Shown: piece by piece, positions 15,109-24,004 of the stretch
Layout: each line of letters starts with the position of its first letter
Position numbering within the stretch: position 1 is the stretch's first letter
Source of the DNA: an uncultured Clostridia bacterium
GTDB taxonomy: Bacteria; Bacillota; Clostridia; TANB77; CAG-508
DNA length: 41,223 nt
Reading direction: 5' to 3'
NCBI GenBank assembly: GCA_944388725.1
Contig: CALXJW010000001.1
Location: 1-41,223, forward strand
Notes under the pieces: generated by a model
Told to the model about the DNA's origin: nothing
Databases searched by the model: none
Seen by the model: only the letters and a program-made list of their open reading frames with translations
Made by a program: the position numbers and the translations under genes

Positions 15109-17502
15109 ATGGCAAAAAGAAAATACAAAGGGAAAAGGAGTAAAAGTAATGTGCCTGATTTAGGGGTTATTATAACAATAATTTTTAGTATATTATTAAC
15201 AGTATTAATATATGCAGAATCAGGATATATAGGAATAATGTTAAGTGACTTTTTTGGTGGAATGTTTGGGATTTTGAAATATATATTACCAATAGGTTCA
15301 TTTGCTGTTGCAATAAAAATGGCTTGTAAAGATGATGACCAATATATATCATCAAGAATATTTCAATATACATTATTAATAATATTTATAGCAGTTATTC
15401 TTAGTGTTTATCAAATATATAATGGTAAAATTAATATAGAACAAAATATTTCGGAAATTGTTAAAGATGCATATCAGTTAGGAGAAAATAATATAGGCGG
15501 AGGAGCTTTAGGGACAATTGCAGCAGTTCCATTGTTTAAATTATTTGGTAAAATAGGAACAATAATTTTGAGTATAGGAGTATCTATAATATTATTTATT
15601 GTAACATTTGGCATTGATATACCAAGTGTTGTAACTAATATAATACAATCTAGTGTAGATAGAAGAAAAGAAAAATATGAAGAAAAATTGCAAAGAAGAG
15701 AAGAATATGAACAAGAGAAAAAGAAGGCTAAAAATATCAAAGAAAATAGAAAAGCTTATTTAGAGATAAATGAAGATGAAAAAGAAGAACAAGAATCAGA
15801 ACAAATAAAGATTAATTTAAATGGAAGAACATTAGAGGAAGACAAAAAAGGAAGAAAAAAATATAAACATGAAAAAGATGATTTAATACCATTAGGAATG
15901 GAAAAAAATAAAACAGTAATAGAACCAGATTATATAGAAAATAATTTATTTAAGCAAGAAGAAGAGAAAAAAGAAGAAAAAGTAAAAGAAGTTTTACAGC
16001 TAGAACATGCTTTAGTTGTTGAAGATGAGCATTATGAATATCCACCAGTAGAATTATTAAGTAAAGGTAGCAAAAGAGCAATAAAAGGTGGAGCAAAAGC
16101 ATTAACAGATGTTGCAACACGATTACAAAAAACATTATATAGTTTTGGAGTACAAGCAAAAGTAGAAAATGTATCTGTTGGACCAGCTATAACTAGATAT
16201 GAGTTAAAACCAGCAGAAGGAGTACGTGTAAGTAAAATAGCTAATTTGGCAGATGATATAGCATTAAATTTAGCGGCAGAAACAATAAGAATTGAAGCTC
16301 CAATTCCAGGAAAGCAAGCAGTAGGAATAGAAGTACCAAATACAGAAAAAGAAACAGTACATTTAAGAGAAGTAATTGAAAGTGATGATTTTCAAGATAG
16401 CAAATCAAAATTAAGTGTAGCATTAGGAAAAGATGTTGCTGGAAGTATGGCAATTGCAGATATAGCTAAAATGCCACATGCATTAATTGCAGGAGCTACA
16501 GGATCAGGAAAGAGTGTATGTATTAATACAATAATAACAAGTATTATATATAAAGCAAAACCAAGTGAAGTTAAATTTGTAATGGTAGATCCAAAAGTTG
16601 TAGAATTATCTGTATATAATGGTATACCACATTTATTAATACCTGTTGTTACAGATCCCAAAAAAGCAGCAGGAGCCCTAGCATGGGCTGTACAAGAAAT
16701 GGATAATAGATATAATGTATTTGCTCAAAAAGGAGTAAGAGATTTAAAAGGTTATAATGCATTAGCAGAAAAAGAAGAAAATATAGGGAAATTACCTCAA
16801 ATAGTAATAATAATAGATGAGTTAGCAGATTTAATGATGGTAGCAGCAAAAGAAGTAGAAGATTCTATATGTAGATTAGCTCAAAAAGCAAGAGCAGCAG
16901 GAATGCATTTAATTATAGCTACACAAAGACCATCTGTAGATGTTATTACAGGAATTATAAAAGCAAATATACCATCTAGAATTGCTTTTGCAGTATCTTC
17001 ACAAGTGGATTCTAGAACTATTTTAGATCAAGTAGGAGCAGAAAAATTGTTAGGAAAAGGAGATATGTTATTTTATCCATCAGGTGCACCAAAGCCAACT
17101 AGAATACAAGGAGCATTTGTATCAGATGATGAGGTTGAAAAAATAGTTTCTTTTGTAAAATCAAATGGAGAAGCAAAATATAGTGAAGATATTTTAGAAT
17201 CAATAGAAAATAGTAATAAAACAGATAAGGAACTTGCAGAAGAAGCAGAAATGGATGATGATACAGATCCATTTTTAAATGATGCAATAGAGGTAGTTGT
17301 AGAAACGGGACAAGCATCAACATCTTTCATACAAAGAAGATTTAAAGTGGGATATGCTAGAGCAGGAAGAATTATTGATCAAATGGAAGAAAGAGGTATT
17401 ATATCAGGATATCAAGGAAGTAAACCGCGACAAGTTTTAATGACAAAAGAAAGATGGGCAGAATTAAAAATGGGAACTGCCCCAGAAGAAACCGAAGAAT
17501 AA
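15109..17502 (+). CDS. ftsK: DNA translocase FtsK/SpoIIIE
   Basis: N-terminal TM segments precede an E/K-rich linker. Motifs are Walker A AGATGSGKSVC, Walker B IVIIIDELADLM, ATQRPSVDVITG and the gamma winged-helix SFIQRRFKVGYARAGRIIDQMEERGII. Confidence 0.92.
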   Translation: MAKRKYKGKRSKSNVPDLGVIITIIFSILLTVLIYAESGYIGIMLSDFFGGMFGILKYILPIGSFAVAIKMACKDDDQYISSRIFQYTLLIIFIAVILSVYQIYNGKINIEQNISEIVKDAYQLGENNIGGGALGTIAAVPLFKLFGKIGTIILSIGVSIILFIVTFGIDIPSVVTNIIQSSVDRRKEKYEEKLQRREEYEQEKKKAKNIKENRKAYLEINEDEKEEQESEQIKINLNGRTLEEDKKGRKKYKHEKDDLIPLGMEKNKTVIEPDYIENNLFKQEEEKKEEKVKEVLQLEHALVVEDEHYEYPPVELLSKGSKRAIKGGAKALTDVATRLQKTLYSFGVQAKVENVSVGPAITRYELKPAEGVRVSKIANLADDIALNLAAETIRIEAPIPGKQAVGIEVPNTEKETVHLREVIESDDFQDSKSKLSVALGKDVAGSMAIADIAKMPHALIAGATGSGKSVCINTIITSIIYKAKPSEVKFVMVDPKVVELSVYNGIPHLLIPVVTDPKKAAGALAWAVQEMDNRYNVFAQKGVRDLKGYNALAEKEENIGKLPQIVIIIDELADLMMVAAKEVEDSICRLAQKARAAGMHLIIATQRPSVDVITGIIKANIPSRIAFAVSSQVDSRTILDQVGAEKLLGKGDMLFYPSGAPKPTRIQGAFVSDDEVEKIVSFVKSNGEAKYSEDILESIENSNKTDKELAEEAEMDDDTDPFLNDAIEVVVETGQASTSFIQRRFKVGYARAGRIIDQMEERGIISGYQGSKPRQVLMTKERWAELKMGTAPEETEE

Positions 17503-17538
17503 TCTTTGAATATTTTTCAAAGTAAGAAGGGAGAAGAA

Positions 17539-19065
17539 ATGTTAGAAAAATTTATTCAAAAAGATAAAAACGAGGAATTAGAAAAGATTCTAGAAGAAAA
17601 GCAAATTGAAGAACGAGCTAAAAATCTTCTCCAAGGAATTTTATATAAGATAGAAGTATCTTATAAAGACTATAAGCATGTAAAAGCAATTAATAAAACA
17701 AAGAAAAAATATTTAGAAGAGATATTAATAAACATTCAAAAGAGATGCAATCAAATAAAAGTTATAAATTTAAGCGAAAAATTTGAGGATGAGATAGTAC
17801 AAAAAAAGCTAGAAAAAAATAAATTTTATATAGATAATAATGAAATAATCTGTTATCCAATTGAAGAAAAAATATTATATGCAATTGAAAAGAAGTCAAA
17901 TAATGAATTAATCGTAAATAATAAGTATGGAATAACAGCGAAATCTTTATCTAATTTAATTAATACAGGAAAGAATATTGATAAAACAGAACCTTTAAGA
18001 GATTTTAATGGCTGGTCTTGGACAACAATAAAAAAGGAAATAGAAAATATTGATGCTAATTTAGTTTATCAAAATTTGCAATTTATATTAGGAGAAGAAT
18101 TTGTTGAAGATTGGTCAAAAGATACAGATGGAATAATTGATTATGTTGAAAAAATGCAAGAAGAAATAACGAATTCATATAATAAAGAAATGGCAGAAAA
18201 TATTTGGAAACTACTTCAAAAAATTGCAATAATTAATGAAATACAAGAGAATGAAGAATATAAAATAAAGATAAAAGAATTATTACAAAAGAAGGAAGAA
18301 GTAATTAAATCATATAAAAGTACAAAAGAGAATATATTACATATATATGAAAGAAAAAAAGAAATATTAAAAGAAATTAAAAAAATAGATAAAATATTAA
18401 GTCAAGAAGTAATATTAAAAAAAGAATATGAAAAATTAAATGAAGGAGTAGAACTTCACAAAAAAATTTTTAGTATAAAAGTTTTAAAACAACAATTAAT
18501 AGATAAAAAGCAAAAATTATTAAATGAAATAGAAGAAAATAATTATTTATTAAATCCTAATAATTATATAGAAGAAAAGAATAGAATTAAACAAGAAATA
18601 GAATTATTAAATGTAATAAATTACACAACAGAGCAAAAAGAAAAATTATTGATTGATTTTGAAAATTATTGTTTAAAATATATTGGAAGAAAACTTGAGA
18701 AAGTAGTACAAGATGAAGAAATTATAAAAATTATATATAAATTTAGATATTTTCTATTATTACCATTTAATAAAGAAAAAAATATTTGTGAAGTTGAAGA
18801 AATACAAGAAAATATTTTACAAATAGAAGAAAAAATTTTAAAAATAGCAAAAAATAAAAAGGTCATTACAGATGTACCATTAGATGTAATGACACATGTG
18901 TTTAAAACAAGAATATTGAATTTAGAAGAATTGTACTACAAAATAACTACTGAATCGGAAAAATATTATGTTCAAATATTTGATGAAAACATAACAGAAG
19001 AAAGATTTGAAATAAATTTAATTGGAAAAACTAAAATAAACAAAAAAATAAAAATATTTATTTAG
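17539..19065 (+). CDS. Hypothetical 508-aa K/E/I/N-rich helical protein, no recognisable motif
   Basis: The long ORF has codon usage like its neighbours. AAGGGAGAAG precedes the ATG at 17539, and the track's TTG at 17506 lacks an SD. The gene is flanked at 36 nt by ftsK and at 10 nt by the nuclease gene. Confidence 0.6.
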   Translation: MLEKFIQKDKNEELEKILEEKQIEERAKNLLQGILYKIEVSYKDYKHVKAINKTKKKYLEEILINIQKRCNQIKVINLSEKFEDEIVQKKLEKNKFYIDNNEIICYPIEEKILYAIEKKSNNELIVNNKYGITAKSLSNLINTGKNIDKTEPLRDFNGWSWTTIKKEIENIDANLVYQNLQFILGEEFVEDWSKDTDGIIDYVEKMQEEITNSYNKEMAENIWKLLQKIAIINEIQENEEYKIKIKELLQKKEEVIKSYKSTKENILHIYERKKEILKEIKKIDKILSQEVILKKEYEKLNEGVELHKKIFSIKVLKQQLIDKKQKLLNEIEENNYLLNPNNYIEEKNRIKQEIELLNVINYTTEQKEKLLIDFENYCLKYIGRKLEKVVQDEEIIKIIYKFRYFLLLPFNKEKNICEVEEIQENILQIEEKILKIAKNKKVITDVPLDVMTHVFKTRILNLEELYYKITTESEKYYVQIFDENITEERFEINLIGKTKINKKIKIFI

Positions 19066-19075
19066 GAGAAGAAAT

Positions 19076-20719
19076 ATGAAAATAACTTTTTTAGGTGCAA
19101 CCAAAATGGTTACAGGATCTAACTTTTTAGTAGAAGCAGCAGGAAAAAAATTTTTAGTGGATTGTGGATTATATCAAGGGAAAAAAGAATTAGAAATGGA
19201 AAATTATAGACCATTTGATTATAATCCAGCAGAGATAGATTTTATGCTATTAACACATGCGCATATAGATCATTCAGGAAGAATACCTAAATTATATAAT
19301 GAAGGATTCAAAAAAACAATTTATGCTCATAAAGCTACATGTGATTTATGTGGTATAATGTTACCAGATAGTGGGCATATACAAGAAATGGAAGCAGAAT
19401 GGAAAAATAAAAAAAGAGAAAGAAAAGGTGAACAAACATATCCGCCTTTATATACAGCAGAAGATGCAATTAATAGCTTAGAAATATTTTCGCCTGTAGA
19501 ATATAATGAAATAATAGAAATAGATGAAAATATACATGTAAGATTTAATGATGCAGGACATATGCTAGGATCTAGTATTATAGAATTATGGGTAAATGAA
19601 GATGGGAAAGAAACAAAAACAGTATTTTCAGGAGATATAGGAAATAATGATATACCTTTATTAGATTCTCCAACAATGATAGAAAGCTGTGATTATTTAG
19701 TAATGGAATCTACATATGGAAGTAGATTACATATGAAAAATGATGAAAAAGCAGAAATGTTCTTAAATATAGTATCAGAAACTATAGATAATGGTGGAAC
19801 AGTAGTAATACCATCATTTGCTGTTGGGAGAACACAAGAAATTTTATATGAATTAAATAAAATTAAAGAAAATAGAGACGATGAAGAATTTAGGAGAAAA
19901 TATAAAACATTAATGAAAGTTCCTGTATATGTAGACAGTCCTCTTGCAATATCTGCAACTGAAATATTCAAACAAAATACAGACTTATTTGAAGAAGAAA
20001 TAAAGGAAAAAATTGATGCAGGAGATAATCCACTAGAATTCCCAGGATTAAAATTTACTCAAACTGCTGATGAGTCCAAAGCATTAAATGAAAATAAAGA
20101 ACCATGTATTATAATATCTGCAAGTGGAATGTGTGATGTAGGAAGAATAAAACATCATTTAAAACATAATATATGGAATCCTAAAAATACAATATTGTTT
20201 GTAGGTTATCAAGCACCAGGAACATTAGGATATTCAATAGTAAATGGGGCCCAAAAAGTAACAATTTTTGGAGAAGAAATTGCTGTTAATGCAAGAATAG
20301 AATATATAGAAGGATATTCAGGTCATGCAGATCAAGAGTGGTTAATGAACTTTATATATTCGTTTATAAATAGACCAAAACACATATTTCTTGTACATGG
20401 GGAAGAAGAGTCACAAGATGTTTTAAAAAATAAAATATTAGAAGAAACGGGAATAGGAGTTTCTATACCAGAATATGGAGAAACATATGAAGTGTGTGAT
20501 GAATTAAGAATAACTAACAAAATTAAAATAAGAAAATCTCCAACTATAAAACAAGAAATATTGAATAGATTAGAAAAATTACATGCAGAAATGAAAGACA
20601 TGGAAGTTTATGTAAAACAAGATGTAAATGATGATCAACTAAGAGATGATGACATGTTTAGGATAAATGAAAAAATTAAAGATTTAGAAAAACAAATATT
20701 AAATATAATAGAAGGATAG
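19076..20719 (+). CDS. MBL-fold beta-CASP family ribonuclease/nuclease (CPSF73/Ysh1-like, not RNase J)
   Basis: All catalytic motifs are present: LVDCG, HAHIDHSGR, DAGHMLGS, FSGDIG, MESTYG (beta-CASP A), GYSGHAD (B) and VHGE (C). A coiled-coil tail of about 80 aa follows. Confidence 0.85.
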   Translation: MKITFLGATKMVTGSNFLVEAAGKKFLVDCGLYQGKKELEMENYRPFDYNPAEIDFMLLTHAHIDHSGRIPKLYNEGFKKTIYAHKATCDLCGIMLPDSGHIQEMEAEWKNKKRERKGEQTYPPLYTAEDAINSLEIFSPVEYNEIIEIDENIHVRFNDAGHMLGSSIIELWVNEDGKETKTVFSGDIGNNDIPLLDSPTMIESCDYLVMESTYGSRLHMKNDEKAEMFLNIVSETIDNGGTVVIPSFAVGRTQEILYELNKIKENRDDEEFRRKYKTLMKVPVYVDSPLAISATEIFKQNTDLFEEEIKEKIDAGDNPLEFPGLKFTQTADESKALNENKEPCIIISASGMCDVGRIKHHLKHNIWNPKNTILFVGYQAPGTLGYSIVNGAQKVTIFGEEIAVNARIEYIEGYSGHADQEWLMNFIYSFINRPKHIFLVHGEEESQDVLKNKILEETGIGVSIPEYGETYEVCDELRITNKIKIRKSPTIKQEILNRLEKLHAEMKDMEVYVKQDVNDDQLRDDDMFRINEKIKDLEKQILNIIEG

Positions 20720-20723
20720 AATT

Positions 20724-22631
20724 ATGGAAAAATATTTAAATGAAGCGATAATAGGAAATAAAAATATGTTAGTAACATTTTCGGCAAAAGGAGAAATGTT
20801 AAGATTGTCATATCCTAATAGGGACAATAGACAATATTTAAAATATTTTCATACAGGCGTAAAAATAAATGATTCAAATATAATATATCTACATGATGAT
20901 ATAAATAATGTATATAAACAGTATTATGATACAAATACAAATATTTTAAATACAGAAATAACAAATACGTATTTTAATTTGAAAATATTACAAATAGATT
21001 ATGCATCAATAAAAGAGGATATATTAATAAAAAAATATATTTTTATAAATGATAGCAATATAGAATTAGATATAAATTTTTTAATACATTCTGAATTATT
21101 ATCAGATCAAAACAATTTTGTTAGTGGGATGAAAATAGATACTGGAATGATACAATATGCACATGACTTTTCTGTATCAACATTTGCGAAAGAAACTAAA
21201 TTATTAAGTCATCAAATAAATGGAAGTAATAATACGATACATTCTGCTCAAATTTATGATAAAGACTATATTGGAATGTCAAAAGATTCAAGCATAAGTT
21301 ATAATATAGGAAAAATTAAACCAAAAGAAAAAAAAGAAATTGACATTTGTATATTCATTGATGAAACTAAAAATACTATACAGGCAGTTGAAAATGAAAT
21401 TGAGAGAATAAGAAAATTAGACTTTAATAAAGAATATAATAATGTAAAAGCATATTGGAGAAAATATGTAAAAGAACATAATGGTTTGGAAATTAAAGAG
21501 CCTGAAAATAGCTATGAGGAAAAAATACAAGAAATTTATACACGTAGTATATTGTTGTTTCCATTATTAACTAATCAAAATACGGGTGGAATAATTGCTG
21601 CACCAGAAGTTGATGAAGAATTAACTCAATGCGGAAGATATGCATATTGTTGGCCAAGAGATGCAGTATTTATAGCTAGAGCATTAGACATTTTAAAAAT
21701 GAATAAAGAAACAGAAAAATTTTATAGTAATTTTTGTAAAATGACACAAAGTAAAAATGGAATGTGGGAACAAAGATTTTATACAGATGGGAAATTAGCT
21801 CCTTGCTGGGGATATCAAATTGATGAAACAGCTAGTGTAGTATATGGAGTATATACACATTATGAATATACTAAAAATGAACAGTTTCTAAAAGATAATT
21901 TGCAAATGTGTGAAAAAGCTATAAAATTTTTGAAAAAATATATTAGAGATATAATAGATAAGACAGAGATATATCATGTAAGTTATGATTTGTGGGAAAT
22001 GTATGAAGGAGTACATTTATATTCATTAGCTAGTATATTTGCAGCATTCGAAAGTATGAAAAAAATCTATAATATACTTGGGAAAAATATTTCAGATTTT
22101 GAAAATAATAGATTAAAAGATGAGAAAATAAATAAATCAATAAATGAAATGATAAAAATGCAAGTAGAGATAAAAACATTTATTGAAGATAATTTTTATG
22201 ATGATAATAGAAAAACTTTTGTTAGAAATCTAGAAGACAAAAAAATTGACATAAGTTTAATTGGGGCTGTAGTACCATTTAATATATTTTCGCCAAAAGA
22301 AAAGAAAATAGTAAATACTGTAGAAAATATAAATTTAACTCTTAGAACATATACAGGAGGGTATCAACGATTTGAGAATGACCATTATAGAAATGGAGCA
22401 CCTTGGACAATTTCAAATCTATGGATGACATTATACTATTTAGAATGTGGAGAAAAGAAAAAAGCGAAAGAAACTTTTGACTTTGTATTAAAAACAGCTG
22501 GGAAGCATAGCTTTTTAGGAGAGCAAATAGATAATAATACTCTAAAACCTAATTGGGTTATAGGACTTGGATGGGCTCATGCAATGTTTATTATTGTTTT
22601 AGAAAAAATGTTGGTATTAGGACATAATTAG
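20724..22631 (+). CDS. Glycoside hydrolase family 15 protein (glucoamylase / glucodextranase-like)
   Basis: The (alpha/alpha)6 domain motifs YCWPRDA and YDLWEM (general acid region) are present, along with an N-terminal beta-sandwich region. The gene starts 4 nt after the nuclease stop. Confidence 0.8.
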   Translation: MEKYLNEAIIGNKNMLVTFSAKGEMLRLSYPNRDNRQYLKYFHTGVKINDSNIIYLHDDINNVYKQYYDTNTNILNTEITNTYFNLKILQIDYASIKEDILIKKYIFINDSNIELDINFLIHSELLSDQNNFVSGMKIDTGMIQYAHDFSVSTFAKETKLLSHQINGSNNTIHSAQIYDKDYIGMSKDSSISYNIGKIKPKEKKEIDICIFIDETKNTIQAVENEIERIRKLDFNKEYNNVKAYWRKYVKEHNGLEIKEPENSYEEKIQEIYTRSILLFPLLTNQNTGGIIAAPEVDEELTQCGRYAYCWPRDAVFIARALDILKMNKETEKFYSNFCKMTQSKNGMWEQRFYTDGKLAPCWGYQIDETASVVYGVYTHYEYTKNEQFLKDNLQMCEKAIKFLKKYIRDIIDKTEIYHVSYDLWEMYEGVHLYSLASIFAAFESMKKIYNILGKNISDFENNRLKDEKINKSINEMIKMQVEIKTFIEDNFYDDNRKTFVRNLEDKKIDISLIGAVVPFNIFSPKEKKIVNTVENINLTLRTYTGGYQRFENDHYRNGAPWTISNLWMTLYYLECGEKKKAKETFDFVLKTAGKHSFLGEQIDNNTLKPNWVIGLGWAHAMFIIVLEKMLVLGHN

Positions 22632-22728
22632 TGAATATTTTTAATTTTAAGAGTATTATTTTATAAAATTAGTTGTCGAATTAAGTCAATGAAAAAATCT
22701 TGACAGTATATAAAAAAGATGTTAATAT

Positions 22729-22765
22729 AAGTTTGTACTAAGATTTTTAGTATGAACTTATTTTT
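22729..22765 (+). terminator. Probable terminator of the ftsK-to-GH15 transcription unit
   Basis: AAGTTTGTACTAA (22729-22741) pairs with TTAGTATGAACTT (22747-22759), giving 13 bp including two G-U pairs and a 5-nt loop, followed by ATTTTT. A second 7-bp hairpin joins TCGCATT (22770-22776) and AATGCGA (22784-22790). Confidence 0.45.
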
Positions 22766-22980
22766 ATATTCGCATTTTTTCTTAATGCGATTAAATTTCA
22801 TAGAATTGAATCAAAAAAATTTAATCTAATTTTTTAATCTAATATATATCCAAATTATTAAAATAAACATTGCTTGTATTATTATAAATGTATTGCTATT
22901 TTTTGTGCACGAATTTATTTACTAAAAATCTATAGTATAAATCGAAATTATAAAAGTAATTGAAGAAGGAGGTAAGTATT

Positions 22981-23484
22981 ATGAATGATAGCTTTTTTGT
23001 GACATTAGAAGAAATTCTAGATAGAAAATTAGAAGAAATATTAGAGAGGAAACTAGATGAGATATTAGAGAGAAAATTAAATAAGATATTAGATGAAAGA
23101 TTTGCTAAGCAAGAAGAAAAAATTAATAAAATTTTAGATGAAAGATTTGCTGAACAAGAAGAAAAATTTGAGAAAAAACTAGCAGAACAAGCAAAAGAGT
23201 TTGACAGAAAGCTAGCAGAACAAGCAAAAGAATTTGACAGAAAGCTAGCAGAGCAAGCGAAAGAATTCGATAAAAAGTTAGATGCAAGATTTACAAAAAT
23301 AGACCAAAAATTCGCTGAACAAGAAGAAAAATTTAGCAAAATGTTAGATGAAAAATTTGAAAAATATCATAAAAAAAATTTAAAAGCAATAACTGGACAT
23401 TTATTTGATATAACAGAAAGTGTAGGAAAAGTAATAGAAGATCATGAAAACAGAATAAAAATATTAGAAAAGAAAGTAATTTAA
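22981..23484 (+). CDS. Hypothetical repeat-built amphipathic helical protein (167 aa)
   Basis: The ATG at 22981 follows GAAGGAGG, so the track's TTG at 22960 is unlikely. The protein is almost entirely 8-, 15- and 11-residue tandem repeats (RKLEEILE, ILDERFAxQEEKxxK, KLAEQAKEFDR) with a unique C-terminal segment of about 45 aa. Confidence 0.7.
   Translation: MNDSFFVTLEEILDRKLEEILERKLDEILERKLNKILDERFAKQEEKINKILDERFAEQEEKFEKKLAEQAKEFDRKLAEQAKEFDRKLAEQAKEFDKKLDARFTKIDQKFAEQEEKFSKMLDEKFEKYHKKNLKAITGHLFDITESVGKVIEDHENRIKILEKKVI
23023..23274 (+). repeat. Three adjoining in-frame tandem-repeat families inside the CDS: 24 bp x3, 45 bp x2, 33 bp x3
   Basis: The 24-bp units start at 23023, 23047 and 23071. 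The 45-bp units span 23086-23130 and 23131-23175. The near-identical 33-bp units span 23176-23208, 23209-23241 and 23242-23274. Confidence 0.9.
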
Positions 23485-23559
23485 AAAATATAGATAACAT
23501 AAAAATCACAAAAAAAATATAATAGAATATAATATAATAAAAAGCTGGAGGAAATCATA

Positions 23560-23706
23560 ATGAAGATATTAAAAAAAACATTAGGTGTATGCTTGGTAGG
23601 ACTAGGAATAGGAATATTATTAGTATTATTCCTTCCAATAGCAGGATGGTTATTTTTAATAGGTACAATAGTAATATTAGTAGGAATATTATGGTTACTC
23701 TGTTAA
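23560..23706 (+). CDS. Small hydrophobic membrane peptide (48 aa), not in the ORF track
   Basis: GGAGGAAATCATA precedes the ATG. The product is MKILKKTLGVCLVGLGIGILLVLFLPIAGWLFLIGTIVILVGILWLLC, which has two predicted TM helices and a basic N-terminus. Confidence 0.5.
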   Translation: MKILKKTLGVCLVGLGIGILLVLFLPIAGWLFLIGTIVILVGILWLLC

Positions 23707-23718
23707 AAGGAGGTACAT

Positions 23719-23793
23719 ATGACTATAGTTGTAAAAAAAGTTCCGAAATGTTTAAGAGGAATAGTAAAATTATTATTTGGGATAAAAGATTAA
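23719..23793 (+). CDS. spoVM: SpoVM-like sporulation micropeptide (24 aa), not in the ORF track
   Basis: AAAGGAGG lies 6 nt before the ATG. The product MTIVVKKVPKCLRGIVKLLFGIKD aligns with B. subtilis SpoVM as I recall it (MKFYTIKLPKFLGGIVRAMLGSFRKD), sharing the pattern PK-L-GIV----G--KD. Confidence 0.55.
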   Translation: MTIVVKKVPKCLRGIVKLLFGIKD

Positions 23794-23810
23794 ATGAATA
23801 AAAATCTCAA

Positions 23811-23850
23811 AATAGCACATACCTTATAAGAGAGGAGAGTGCTATTTTTT
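23811..23850 (+). terminator. Candidate terminator after the small-ORF pair
   Basis: AATAGCAC (23811-23818) pairs with GTGCTATT (23839-23846) and is followed by TTTT. The 20-nt loop is long, so this is a weak to moderate call. Confidence 0.5.
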
Positions 23851-24004
23851 ATGGAAAAAGATAATAAAAAAATACATCCAGAAGTTGGAGAAGATACAAC
23901 AAAATTTGGAGAATTTGTATCATCATATTTTGCATGGATACCGTTACCAAAACAAAAACAAAGAGCAGAAGAACTTGAAAAAATGACAAAAAATAAGGAG
24001 GATA

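Noticed and set aside
17506-17538. TTG start proposed by the ORF track for the 519-aa version of the hypothetical protein. Similar upstream track starts occur at 22960, 26966, 28815, 29313, 41210 and 2154.
   Set aside because: These upstream starts lack Shine-Dalgarno sequences. In each case an in-frame ATG a few codons downstream has a well-spaced GGAGG-like site, so I trimmed the coordinates accordingly.
22632-22680. AT-only inverted repeat TAATTTTA...TAAAATTA just after the GH15 stop as the operon terminator
   Set aside because: The stem contains only A-T pairs and is too weak. The 13-bp hairpin at 22729-22759 with a T-run is a better candidate.
23023-23274. Regularly spaced DNA repeats that could superficially suggest a CRISPR array
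   Set aside because: The units are contiguous with no unique spacers, lie in frame inside a CDS and are imperfect at synonymous positions. No cas genes are present.
22896-23339. 147-aa minus-strand ORF rich in SNFLS/CSASF repeats
   Set aside because: It is the antisense shadow of the repeat-protein gene. Its repeats are just the reverse-complement reading of the 24-, 45- and 33-bp units. It has no SD, and the plus-strand gene has a strong one.
23589-23801. 70-aa ORF from the supplied track
   Set aside because: It has no ribosome-binding site and an odd composition, and it spans two better-supported short ORFs in other frames (23560-23706 and 23719-23793), each with a near-consensus SD.
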